A stretch of DNA of 64,000 bases, from contig CM060732.1 in NCBI GenBank assembly GCA_030704615.1, forward strand, positions 16,678,001 through 16,742,000, in the 5' to 3' direction. The DNA comes from Takakia lepidozioides (lineage: Eukaryota > Plantae > Bryophyta). Made by a program: the position numbers and the translations under genes. Of this stretch, positions 52,931 to 64,000 are shown piece by piece. The notes beneath the pieces are model-generated. The model saw nothing but the letters and a program-made list of their open reading frames with translations, made no database searches and had not been told where the DNA came from. The stretch's first letter is position 1. Each line of letters opens with the position of its first letter.

Positions 52931-53289
52931 GGGGAGAAGGTCTATTCCGTGGGACTCAATCTGTCACTGAAGTCTTGCATTATGAAGATCAGAAACGCTT
53001 GGCAGCTTATCTGCACGAGGCCTTGACCCTTAGGCAATCCCCAGGGGAAGGGGAAGGGGAAGGTTTTGGGTTGTTTTTGTACTTTGGTCTTGTCTCATCT
53101 CTCTTGTTTTTTGCATTTTGTCCCATAAGCTCTTTGAGCTTTCTGCAGACGTAATAAAGTACCATTTTGTTTCATTTCATTTCATTTTGTTTCATTTTGT
53201 TTCATGGCATGTCTTTCATCGTGTTCGCATTTCTAATGACATGATTAGTTCTCTTGTATGGCATTACATGCGTATGTACTAGTCGGCTC

Positions 53290-53846
53290 ACTACAAACAC
53301 CGAAACTTCAAAGCATGAACCACTATGAATGATTGTTCAAGTAATTTCGAGCACTTCATTTAAAGTAGTAAACCAGTGGTTGCGCCGACTTCTGCAGTCG
53401 TAGTTGTCACTAGGCATGTAGCATTGCAAGTTATGTGGTTGATTACCACGTGGCGCCCCGGGCCCGTGGCCACGTGGCAGCAGTGCTGCTCGTCGCGACG
53501 TTGCCACGTCGGCATCCACGTCCGCGTCCATGTGTCACCGCAGTCCGGTGAGTCAGTCCACTCACCCGGAGGAAAAAGTCAAAGTCAGCCCAAAAGGTCA
53601 GACACACGGACGGCCGGCCGGCCTAGTTACGCCACGTGGTGCTTAAGCAATAATCGCAATAATCGTTGAGCAGTGGTTCATGCGTTTGCGTCCTTTACCA
53701 CTCCAATCATTGGATGTCCGATCCAACTGCCATGTCTGTTGTAACTAGGACTTCGTCTGTAACTTCCAGTCGATCCCGGTTTTTTGACTTTTACGACTGA
53801 AAATGAGTCGTTTTCCCAGTGATAAATGACACGAATGCTTCTAGTG
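53290..53846 (+). mobile_element. CACTA right terminus (second copy)
   Basis: 53385-53846 is homologous to 27100-27573 and ends in gaatgcttcTAGTG. Confidence 0.85.
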
Positions 53847-54685
53847 AAAGGCTAGACACAGAGATCATTCTCTGATTTTATCTCCACTACACTACCTAGT
53901 ATGAGCAAATAAAGAATAGGAAACTAGAGAGAGAGAGCGCGCCTGAGAGAGCGAGGAAGAGAGAGCGAGGAAGAAAACTAGATTATGCTCTTTCTGGTCC
54001 TCAACAGGGCTGATTTATAGCAGCCCCTCAGCACATTTCCCTCGCCACCATCCGGTCGACTTGACTTGATGGATGTCATCCATCCTGTTAGCATCTTTTA
54101 GAAATAGTAAGCCACCAATAATTTAGCTCAGATGCACGTCAGCACCACCGATACCCAAGAGATTATTTAATTAATTTCTCTAAGGTGTTCATTATATAAT
54201 ATAAAAGATACATTATTTTTCTCCTTCAAATCTGCCCCCTTCATCTGGACGGACCAGATCGAGCCACTTATGTTCTTCATCCATCCACTGACCTGATCAT
54301 TCTTCAGCTATCTTATAATTTCATCCATATGCTGATTCTTTGTCCAAGGAATACATGACCAACTTAAGTTGATACATGATTCGTTTGAAATTCAATTCAA
54401 ATGGATGATGCTCCATCCATGGACATTCATCCGGTGGGATCGCCACCTCGATTGATTAGCATCCAACGGTCCATATTAACCCTTGCGCTCCAATTAAATT
54501 CCACCTTCGTGCTATGTTGAGGACGGGGAGAGGCTCCCATGCTTGAAGCAGCGAGTTGGTTGTCTTGAGAATCGTTTGTTGGTGAGACCCCCTAATAAAA
54601 TAGGCATATTTGCCTGCATTTGCTGACTCAAAAAGACATCGATCTTGAATCATTTTTGGCGTTGAAGACCACTTGTTGGTTTCTA

Positions 54686-55140
54686 GATCATACCTTCATA
54701 CCATGTAGCATCTAGAGCACTGTCCACGAACCAAAAGTTGCGTTCCTGTAACTCCTAGAACATGTCGTTGTAGCGACTCCATCCCATCTAGCTTGCTCGA
54801 TAGCTACTCCGGCTCCGCCATTGCTAGAATTCCATTTTCTTTATGATTTTCTACTATAATTTTGTATTGAACCCAGTAAAATATATACTGATGTACAGAA
54901 AATATGCTATCCTAGCTTATGATCCGAAACATTGATCGACAATGGTCCACGAGGGGCGGGTGCCATGACCTTCTGATCCCTCACATGGACTTCCCGGGGC
55001 ATTAACGCAAATAGAGATGCAATTGCAGGAATCACAGGTTCATATTCATGATCCTCCAATCCACGTGGCCCACAATCCTCCGCCACATGTATCTTCCCCC
55101 GCGCATGACTCCGGCCCCTGTCCGCCCGAAATTTCGCACA
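54686..55140 (-). mobile_element. Putative short LTR (54704-55140) followed by a PBS-like sequence
   Basis: Minus strand reads TGTGCG...GCTACA immediately followed by TGGTATGAAG (Met-PBS-like). No second LTR or ORF supports it. Confidence 0.4.
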
Positions 55141-55890
55141 GGTTCACTCAACCAGCTAACTTGCAGAATTCAGACATGAATAATTAGGGCCGATTCTGAT
55201 AAGAGGGAAAAATAGGGAGAAATGTGTTGAAGAAGGTGCCTTCATTAGCAATGCCTGATTTTATCAATTGTGCCGCTGCTGATGCGGATTCCTATTGACC
55301 ATCTGTTTCTTGTACATGTCCTTCCACAGGGAATGATAGGTAATCTGGAGCTTCAAACCCGGCCCTCTTAGATGAATCTGGACCCACACTCTATCCCTGC
55401 TCCTTCAGCTATCCATGCCTATGCACAAATCATGCAAACATCTTTGCCTTGCTGCTAGCAGCTGACAATGACAGCCTAGATTTGTTCTAGGAAACACCCA
55501 ACTCAACTTATCACACTAGTTCCTATGCTCAATTGCATCTGCTACTCTCTATAATCCACAGGCATTCACCTTCTTGCCTCGATTGTCCCACCATTGACTG
55601 GGGTCAGAAAAGTATTCATTCCATAGCTTCTCCTCGTCTCTGTTACCTGTTTCTGGATACTTTCCTGTTGTCACATTGACAGTGTCATGTCAGTCACTCC
55701 AAACTATCAAAGGTTCACTCAACCAGCTAACTTGCAGAATTCAACATGAAAATTTAGGGCCGATTCTGATAAGAGGGAAAAACAGGGTGAAATGTGTTGA
55801 GAAGGTGCAATTATGCCGCTGCTCCTTCAGCTTCCAGTTGACCATCTGTTTCTTGTACCTGTCCTTCCACGGGGAATCATAGGTAATCTG
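55141..55890 (-). pseudogene. PDF-motif gene relics, inverted relative to 52010-52930
   Basis: RDEEKLWNEYFSDPSQWWDNRGKK then a GT donor, and KLQITYHSLWKDMYKK. Internal duplication 55141-55240 / 55712-55810. Confidence 0.65.
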
Positions 55891-55899
55891 GATCAACTC

Positions 55900-56500
55900 T
55901 GAAGTAAAAAAAACCATGCTTTGCCACGTTATTAGGCCTGCCTTGGAGTACACTTCTGCAGTGCGGGTTGATAACTCCAACCAGGCTAAGTCTTGGGTGC
56001 TTAAGGAATGCATGTCCGCAGGCTCCAAAACGGCTAATGTGGCTATTTGGGGTGAGTTTGGCATCCCTCCCTTAAGCTCCCAACGAGATTAAGTCAAGGT
56101 CAGATGGTGGGGTCAGCTCCAATGTATGACTAATATCAGATACCCTAAGTTAATCGACTCTATATCTTGGAAGCAGGATCACCCTGTCAAACAAGCCAAG
56201 TCCTGGCGGAAGAGGGTACAAGAGATTTTGAAGGATCTGAATCTAAGTCCGCAAGTCTTGACCCTGCTGGATAACTTTGACTTACAAGCTGTAGTGTCCA
56301 AAGCCATGTCTGTTGCCAATAATTTTTTTGATGAAAATGGCAGAAAACTTCCATGAACTTCTTTTCAGTCTGTGACATGGGGGAGGACATCATGGATGAC
56401 ATCAAGGGTTTACCCACTCTCGGCACTACACTGCAATTCAAACTCAGGTCAGGAAGCCTACCTTTGAAGAGCAAACAGATGCAGAGAGAAAAGGGGGATT
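55900..56500 (+). mobile_element. LINE fragment, uninterrupted paralog of the element-A host
   Basis: Colinear with 9030-9167 joined to 22353-22840. Confidence 0.85.
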
Positions 56501-56504
56501 GCAA

Positions 56505-57225
56505 ATGACAATGTCACCATGGACCTCTTTGCCCTTTTCCAGAGCTGCCAGGCTTGCACATGCACACAAACGTTATGTGGTTGGGCTTCACCCCTTCCCC
56601 CATTATTTGATCATAGAACACCAAAGCCTTCATCCCACGTCCTTGCTGTGCATACCCTGCAAGCATCGTGTTCCACGACACCACATCTTGTTCAGCCATA
56701 GTGTTGAAGACTCCCTTCGCATCCTTGATGCACCCACATTTTGCATACATGTCCACCAGGGTATTGTTCAGAATGACATTTGGTACAATTCCAGCTCTGA
56801 AGATGTCGCCATGGACCTCTTTCCCCTTTTCCAGAGCTGCCAGGGCAGTGTTCATAATGACATTTGGTACAATTCCAGCTTTGATGATATCCCCATGCAC
56901 CTCTTTGCCCTTGTCCAGGGCTCGATGCACCCACATTTTGCATACATGTCCACCAGGGTATGGTGAGGGTATGGTTTAGAATGACATTTGGTACAATTCC
57001 AGCTTTGATGATATCCCCATGCACCTCTTTGCCCTTGTCCAGGGCTGCCAAGCTTGCACAAGCATTGCAAATGCACACAAACATGATGTGGCCGGGCTTC
57101 ACCCCTTCCCCCATCATTTGATCATAGGTCTCCAAAGCCTCCATCCCACGTCCCTGTTGTGCAGCATACCCTGCAAGCATCGCACTCCACGACACCACAT
57201 CTCGTTCAACCATAGTGTCGAAAAC
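56505..57225 (-). pseudogene. PLS-class PPR gene fragment
   Basis: VFDTMVERDVVSWSAMLAGYA, GVKPNHITFVC and NTLVDMYAKCGCIKDAKGVF. Close paralog of 29125-29640. Confidence 0.88.
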
Positions 57226-57231
57226 TCCCTG

Positions 57232-57335
57232 CCTTTCCGTGCCTCCTAACCCTATTTCCTTGGACACACAATGGCCCGCTCATGTTTTTTTTTTTTTCCG
57301 CTCATGCTCATGCCGCTCATGAAATAGCAGCCCCC
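57232..57335 (-). mobile_element. Solo ~105-bp terminus of the element-C subfamily
   Basis: Reverse complement of 60771-60875, including the poly-A tract and the CATGAGC repeats. Confidence 0.85.
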
Positions 57336-57739
57336 GTCCACCATACAGATGTACTCAACAACAAATAGTGAGTGACACAACAAACCTGGTAAGGAGTTTC
57401 CATATTTTATTGTAATTTTCAGAAAGTGAAAAAACTTTCGACTGCTGTTCAGTCCACTCCCTGTTGTCAACCTCCAGGATATATGAGTCTATCAAGGGAC
57501 AGAACAAAGACAGATCTTTGAATCAACATGTGTAGCATCCTCCAATTAGACTACACATGCAGTACTAGAAAGAGACAACTGTGTTGTAGATGCCACGGAA
57601 GAATCATCAAAAACAAGGACTGTCCTTTAAAAATGGGCCTACCATCTACATACTTGTCATCCTAAAGGAAGCATGTGTCTCTGTGACTACACTATGTTAC
57701 TTCAAAGTAAAGGTCCAGCAAAGAGGAGAAATGCTGGGA

Positions 57740-58680
57740 ACTCACCATGCTCAAATGAGCCAGCTATGCCAGAGCATTGCCCAAGTGGAATGGCCGTTTC
57801 CCTAGAAATTTCCAACATGAGAAATCCATTTTCCTGCAACACATGTCAATTCTCTTAATAAAATAGGAGAATGAATATGGAACCACAAGGAAACGTACAA
57901 TAGCAACTTTACATCACTATACACTGAAGCTCAATGAAACCAACCCCAACCCGTCTACAGCAGATTCTTAGGTCAACAACTTACTGGTCAAATTGAGAAC
58001 CACAAGCACCTGCATGCTCATAGGCATCTCGCCCACTCAAGATGGTACCGTTTCCTTTTTTTATCATGGCTGTAGCGTTTGTAGAAAGACTTGAATGAAG
58101 AAACTTCCTCAAGGGGCGAGAAGGCCGTTTGCATAGCCCTTTCCTGTTTTCACCTCAATGCACTTCACAGAGAATGTCAGACATGGTGACTGAACATACT
58201 GATCCCCAAGCTTTGCGGGGGAAGCAGTGATGACAATTGGAGTGTGCTTGCCAATGGAATTAACCATGTACCTCTGCTGATTAGACCAGTACATGCCGTG
58301 TATAAGAAGCATGACATCAAGTAGCTAACAAATGTAGAGTAAGAGAAGGAGAAGATCAAATGATCAACAACATCACACAATCCAAAAATGAAGTACTTGA
58401 AACTCTGCATCTGGCGCTATTTCCAAATGAACAACGGATTACACACATCAGTTTTCAATTTTCTTCAATTTGTAAATAAAGCAATTCACAACTGCAAATT
58501 TCCAGAGAGCTGGCGCATTGTATGAAATGTAAATCACAGGAATATGTTGAGAGAAGGCTCAGCTTTCTGATTACCCGATCTTCATTATGTGGTTTGCGTA
58601 GAAAAGGCCTCTCATGTTGCCAACTGGAGTATGCGAATGCAGATGACAATTCTTCCTCTGATCTTCAGATTGAAATGTGT
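57740..58680 (-). pseudogene. Unidentified spliced gene relic
   Basis: Short open segments bounded by AG/GT, e.g. ENGFLMLEISRETAIPLGQCSGIAGSFEH|gtgagt and YMVNSIGKHTPIVITASPAKLG. No family recognised. Confidence 0.25.
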
Positions 58681-59019
58681 CAAGTTAGACAAACTTTTTG
58701 TAAGTGACAGAGCCTTGCTATAGTTTCAAGTGTCAAATTCTAAAGCATGCATTGGGTGATGTTAAGGCATGAGTGCACAATCAATTTCGGCTATGTAAAT
58801 AGAGATCCCTCAAGGCAAAGGTAGACTCACAGTAGGGCCTAAAAATGCTCCTGGAATTGGCTGAATGGAGGGGCTAGACCTCTTCCTCCTCTTCGCTGAA
58901 ATCAAACACGGACGTGTCCAACTTGTTTGAGCAATCACGCCCTTGCCTCTTCTCCTGCCCCCACGATTTGCTGAAAACCATGGCTCTGAGTAACGGAAAC
59001 CCTGGTCTCCAAAGCGTTC

Positions 59020-59800
59020 GTACCACGCCCATGCTTGGTAATCCTGCCAACATTATATTCCACGTTATCAAAGATCGTTGAGGCATTCTGTGTTGAACAC
59101 TTGGTGATCATCCATGATGCTCCCCTTAACATACATGTTGACAAGGGTGTTGAGTAGAAAAACGTTTGGCGTGAATCAACTTTGGACAGTGTGAGTGTGT
59201 ACCTGCTTTCCAGCTTCCAGACCTTTCATCTTGATGCACTTATGCAAGAGACACACATACGTATCTACATCTGCTGAAATGCCTCCTTGGTTTAAAGTCT
59301 GTAGAGCCTCTTTCAGTCTGCCTGCCTCATAAAGCATCTTCACATGCCCATAAGTGCCAAAAGAGGCATTGTGGACTCCCTCTCTTGATCCTCTTCCAGA
59401 AGCTGTGGTCATGGTTGAGGTGCCTGATTTTATCAACTGTGCCGCTAGAGCTGCTGCTTCCAGCTGACCATCTACCCATGGAGGTTTCTTGTAGCTATCC
59501 TTCCACAGGGAACCATAGGTAATCTGGAGCTTGAAATCCGACCCTCTTGGATGAATAAGGACCCACACTCTTGCTGCGAATGCGATCATCGCACTCCACG
59601 ACACCACATCACAGTCGAACACTACCTTTGCATCTTCAATGCTCCCAATTCGGCATACATGTCCACCAAAGCGGTGTTCAGAATGACAAACCCTACAATT
59701 CCAACTTTCACGATGTCACCATGGACCTTCCATGTCGCTTCCAGGTGGAGGCAGTACATAATATGCAAGCCCCCAAGACCAGATTTTGTTTGCCACACGT
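59020..59800 (-). pseudogene. PDF-motif + PPR gene fragments
   Basis: IHPRGSDFKLQITYGSLWKDSYKKPPWVDGQL...HVKMLYEAGRLKEAL...TYVCLLHKC...GKQVH, in one frame. Confidence 0.8.
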
Positions 59801-60158
59801 CAGCAAATATGCCCCCCAATCACGGGTGCAATCAATGCGCAGTGGTTCATGGAGTCGTTGAGTCCACTACATATTGACTTTAATGAATAAATATGTTTAT
59901 TTCATTAATCGAATTCGGAATGTAAATTTTTAGTCGCATGTGCAGTAATTAGAACCACTTGTATTTTCCACTTTTTAACATTCTATGTATTTACATAATT
60001 AATTAAATAGCCCCGATTATTGCTACGACTCCGGAGTCATTGACCCAACTTCTATCCTCCGTCTGAAATGCCCCCATGGACCTTCATTGTCCGTTTCGAC
60101 TCTCTAGTAGTCCCGTGTACTGCCAAGTGGTTCCCGGAGTGGTTGGCGGACTGCAACC

Positions 60159-60770
60159 ATGGCCTCTCCACCATCGTTTAGTCTAGGGATCTCTTCCATG
60201 CCATCTGATCCACATTACACATTCCAAGATGGTCAAGAGGACAGCCAAGAGTTTGACATAAACACATTTCAGTTTGCTCAATCTCAAAACCTCTCTCATA
60301 TTCCTTTGCAAGACATTACCAACTTGCCCAATGCTTCTCCCAATGTTCATGTGAGATCACATTTCTCTCCTTTTACCACTAGATCACCCATCTCTACCAG
60401 ATAGACAACCTCTTCATTCTCAATTCCAAGTTCCAAGCATCAAGAGCAAAAAAAGAAAGAGAGCTGAATGGACTGATGAAGACCTGAAGGCAGCCATAAA
60501 TGCTGTTGATGATGGCTGCCCAATCAACATTGCTGCTCACCAATGGAACCTTCCTCCAGCTTCTCTTAGAAATTATCTTCATGGGAAGGTGCATGGTCGC
60601 AAGCAAGGAGGTCCAACAGTGTTATCCAAAAATGAGGAGGATATCATTGTCAAATGGATTTTCGATATGCAAGAATTGGGACATGGCATCAATGTCGGAC
60701 AACTGAAATTGAAATTTGCTGAAATCACACAAGAGCGCGCAACACCATTTGTTGAGGGTATACCTGGGAA
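60159..60770 (+). pseudogene. pogo/Tc5-like transposase N-terminus (Psq-HTH + CENP-B HTH), interrupted by element C
   Basis: WTDEDLKAAINAVDDG..INIAAHQWNLPPASLRNYLHG...PTVLSKNEEDIIVKWIFDMQELGHGI...ITQERATPFVEGIPGK, cut at the C terminus. Confidence 0.8.
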
Positions 60771-60939
60771 GGGGGCTGCTATTTCATGAGCGGCATGAGC
60801 ATGAGCGGAAAAAAAAAAAAAAACATGAGCGGACCATTGTGTGTCCACGGAAATAGGGTTAGGAGGCACGGAAATAGGGTCATGTGAAGTTGGAATGTGG
60901 CACCAGTGGACTCGTCATAGCAATGAAATGCAACATTTT

Positions 60940-62571
60940 ATTGCAAGGCGAAGTCGAAGACATGCCTGTCGGACAACGTCCCTGCCCACATTGAAGCACC
61001 TGAGGGACAAAGCGGGTGGTTAGTAGCATGCGGCATGCAATTGCAATCGGGCCAGGGGACAAAATGTGCACGTGAAGGCTTACCCGTGCCGCATGTGAGG
61101 TCAAGAATCCGCCCTTGGACATCCGAGCACGTCTCCATGAGGGTTTGGATGAAAGCAGGGCTCCGGGTCCGGCTGTACCGCCACGGTTTGCCTGTCTTTG
61201 TGTCCTTCGGCATACTGGATTGGGGCACATAGTTGTAGAGGACATCGTAGGTAACACGGTCCACAGCGGCATCAACAAGACGACCGTCATTGCGGAATTT
61301 GAACATAGACCCTCTTTTCACAAAACAATATGCCTCAAACACCAATGTCTACACATCCAACAAAAGAGGGATCCACTCAAGGGTCTAGTTTAGATACACC
61401 ACAATATGAAGTGAATGCAATAGATTGATAACTTACACTCTGGCCCCTGTTCGCAACCCCTGCGTATTGATGCAAAACCATTTTTTTAGGAGGACTGGGG
61501 TGACACTTTTTGGTGTCCACCTTGCCACAACATTCTCTGTGGTCTTCCCTCTTGTGGCAAGGACCACCATACATCCACCATCATCCAAGAGCATCCCCAC
61601 CAGCCCAAACCCGGCTCTCCAGTAGTCCTCCGTAAACCTGTTCCAGGTGGGCACACCATCCAGGCCCTCCAACAGCTCCCCCTCTGGAATATGGAGGAGA
61701 ATCATATCGTAAGCTCTCTCCACCTCAACCCCCCCCCCCCCCCCCCCGAGTGCTCTTGCAATCCGTGCTCACAGCCGTGAAGAATTCCATCATGGCTTCC
61801 AAACCAGGGGTGTCTTTAGGCTCTGTAGCAGCAGCCCTCTTCTTGGCTTTCCCCTTCAGCTCCTCCAGAGACTTGCTGTGTGCCACCTTCTTCGCCCTGG
61901 CAGCCAAAGCATCAAGAAAGCTCTCATTGACGCGTTGGATGATAGTTGGGGATTCTAACTTTGGCCTTTGCGGAAACGTCACCGCCGAATATCGCCGTGT
62001 AGGCTCGCCCTCAAATGCCAACTTCTTGGCAGAGCCAGTCCCAGTCCGAACTGACTTGGGAACCCGGACGACCGGTGACTTGGTAGTAGCAGCAGCAGTT
62101 GCAGGACCTTGCACAAAGTCGTCGTCGGAGTCACTCCCTTGGGGCCGCTCCTGCGCCTCCTCTGGTGCCCCGGTGGTTTTCTGTTTTTTGGGGGTTACTT
62201 TACTCCCCTGTTTCCGTGTCCTTTTCATTTGTCCTTTATTCTTCTCATTCAATTTCTCCTGAATACCTGCCTAAGCAAGCTCTGCCGCTTTCCTGGACTT
62301 GACAAGCATTTTCGCCTCCTTTGGACCCAGCGGAGGCAGCGGAGCTCGGTTTGGTCGGGCCTCCGCATCCAGCTTCAATTGGAACTCGGATGAGTCGAGC
62401 GAGCCGGGCGGAAGGTCCACATACCAAGGGCAATCGCGCAAATGCTCTAGATGCCACTCCTTCACGATAACGTCAGTGTACATGGAGTCAGCTCTAGGGT
62501 TCCTCCATGCGAGGAAGAATGGCGGCTGGAAGGACAGATGACCTTTCTCCAACAGGGAGAACTTACAGTAC
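60940..62571 (-). pseudogene. 3' half of element-C cargo gene (MTase-like), last exon truncated
   Basis: YCKFSLLE...EWHLEHLRDCPWYVDLP, AYDMILLHIPEG...PTWN...DYW...LLDDGG, FEAYC...DVLYNY...KPWRYSRTRSPAFIQTLMETC...ILDLTCGTG|ASMWAGTLSDRHVF. Confidence 0.8.
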
Positions 62572-62604
62572 CTGCATTCAAAAAACACAGACAGAATCAC
62601 ATCC

Positions 62605-63960
62605 ATTTTTCCAGACTGGGTCCGAAAATGGCTAAGTCCCAGATCTGATTGGGCCCGGAACTGGAAAAATGGCGCCGAATTTCCAGAATATGTGCCATCC
62701 GCCCCAGGGACTTAGCCATTTTTCCAGTACAGGGTCCGAAAATGGCTAAGTCCCAGAAATGACTGGGCCCGGAACTGGAAAAATGGCGCCGAATTTCCAG
62801 AATATGTGCCATCCGCCCCAGGGACAGCCATTTTCGGACCTTGTACTGGAAAAATGGCGCCATTTTTCCAGTACAGGGTCCGAAAATGGCTAAGTCCCAG
62901 AACTGACTGGGCCCGGAACTGGAAAAATGGTGCCGAATTTCCAAACTGTGCCAGCCACCCCCGGGGCTTAGCCATCCGCCCCATGGCCGGAAACAGGAAA
63001 TTCGGCGCCATTTTTCTAGGGGCTTCACAACTAATTTTCATGCGCCACATAAGGCAACTTACATCCTGGAAATGCAGGGACTACAATGGCCACGGATCAA
63101 AGAAAGGCAACACGTATGTACCTGTACAGAAGGCGCGTTGCCGCTTTGTCACCGTTCGGCTGGTCGGCATAGCCGCATTGCCGCCCGTAGTACAAAGGCT
63201 TCAGTTTGCGACGCGGTCTAGATGTGGGATTTCTCTCAAGAGAGCCACGCCCTTCTCCACGCGGCATACGTCCAAGTAAAAGAAAAAATCTCCCGCAGAA
63301 TGCGTGCGTACATGCCTCGAATGGAACTTCATCCACCCGTCACATCAGGTGTCGAAGGCGTATCCGGGAAGCAAGCGCGGTGTCCGTGTGGAACGTCCGG
63401 TTCAAAACAGACGGCGGAGGACATTTAATGCGCAACTGCGCCCTTAAATGTAGGTATGGAGGTCGCCCACAGGCGCCACCTGGCCCACCCTCCCCCCGAG
63501 ACTTCATCAACAGCCCGCTGGATGGAAAAAAACGACGCCGAATTTCCATTCCGCGGATGAAGTGGGACGCACCGTGGCCCTCCCTCCGCCCGAGACGTTC
63601 TCATCCAGAAGCAGCCGGATGGAAAACCGGCGCAAAATTTCCATGCTGCAGGCAAGTCGGAGCTCGGCCGGATGGAAAACCGGCGCCGAATTTCCATCCT
63701 GCAGGCAAGCGGGAGCGCGGCCGGATGGAAAACCGGTGCCGAATTTCCATCCTGCAGGTAAACCGGAGGGCTGCAGGATGGAAAACCGGCGCCGAATTTC
63801 CATCTTGCAAGTAAACCGGAGCGCTGCAGGATGGAAAACCGGCGCCGAATTTCCATCCTGCAGGTAAACCGGAGGGCTGCAGGATGGAAAACCGGCGCCG
63901 AATTTCCATCCTGCAAGTAAATTGGTCCACCTCATGGATGGAAATCCGGCACCGAATTTG
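62605..63960. repeat. Two intronic palindrome arrays sharing the core GGAAAANNGGCGCCGAATTTCC
   Basis: ctggaaaaatggcgccgaatttccag at 62661, 62775 and ~62919. Perfect 34-bp palindrome at 62842-62875. ggatggaaaaccggcgccgaatttccatcc at 63670, 63723, 63776, 63829 and 63882 (53-bp period). Confidence 0.95.
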
Positions 63961-64000
63961 TCTCTACCGGACGACATTGGTGGGCATAACGTGCCAAAAA

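Larger units (their letters stand above)
60771..64000 (-). mobile_element. Element C: third, more divergent member of the MULE family (cargo-gene end; runs off the window)
   Basis: Terminus GGGGGCTGCTATTTCATGAGC matches the A right end GGGGGGTGCTATTCCGTGAGC. It carries a homologous MTase-like gene and intronic palindromes. Confidence 0.85.

Noticed and set aside
57232-60875. Single element bounded by inverted repeats 57232-57335 and 60771-60875
   Set aside because: The tips face each other (bodies point outward) and share no TSD, so these are two separate ends.
62597-63977. Repetitive ORFs of 100-200 aa on both strands
   Set aside because: They arise from GC-rich palindromic repeats inside an intron.

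Overview
This is a eukaryotic, transposon-dense window with no intact host gene. PLS-type PPR relics, CACTA elements, a chromovirus and GT-AG introns indicate a land plant, and PPR relics fused to OSB-type PDF motifs suggest a non-seed plant (inference). The main result is a family of large Mutator-like (MULE) DNA transposons present as three diverged members: A (9168-22343), B (38027-49738) and C (60771 to beyond the window end). A and B have 9-bp TSDs and degenerate ~21-bp TIRs, and each carries two divergently oriented spliced genes: a GCM/WRKY-like Zn finger + MULE DDE + SWIM transposase, and a cargo gene with a ParB/Srx-like domain (WDGNHR) fused to a C-terminal beta-class N4C/N6A DNA-methyltransferase-like domain with a non-canonical motif IV (DIPD/HIPE). 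Only the 3' half of C's cargo gene is in the window. In all three members the cargo gene's introns hold arrays of palindromes, and the palindrome sequence differs in each member. This looks like a transposon-borne ParB-MTase plus cognate-site module, possibly for self-marking or anti-silencing (hypothesis). The rest is CACTA relics, LINE fragments, a Naiad/Chlamys-like Penelope RT, a Ty3/gypsy chromovirus split by B, a pogo-like transposase split by C, and decayed PDF-PPR gene pieces. All protein assignments come from motif reading by eye; no searches were run.
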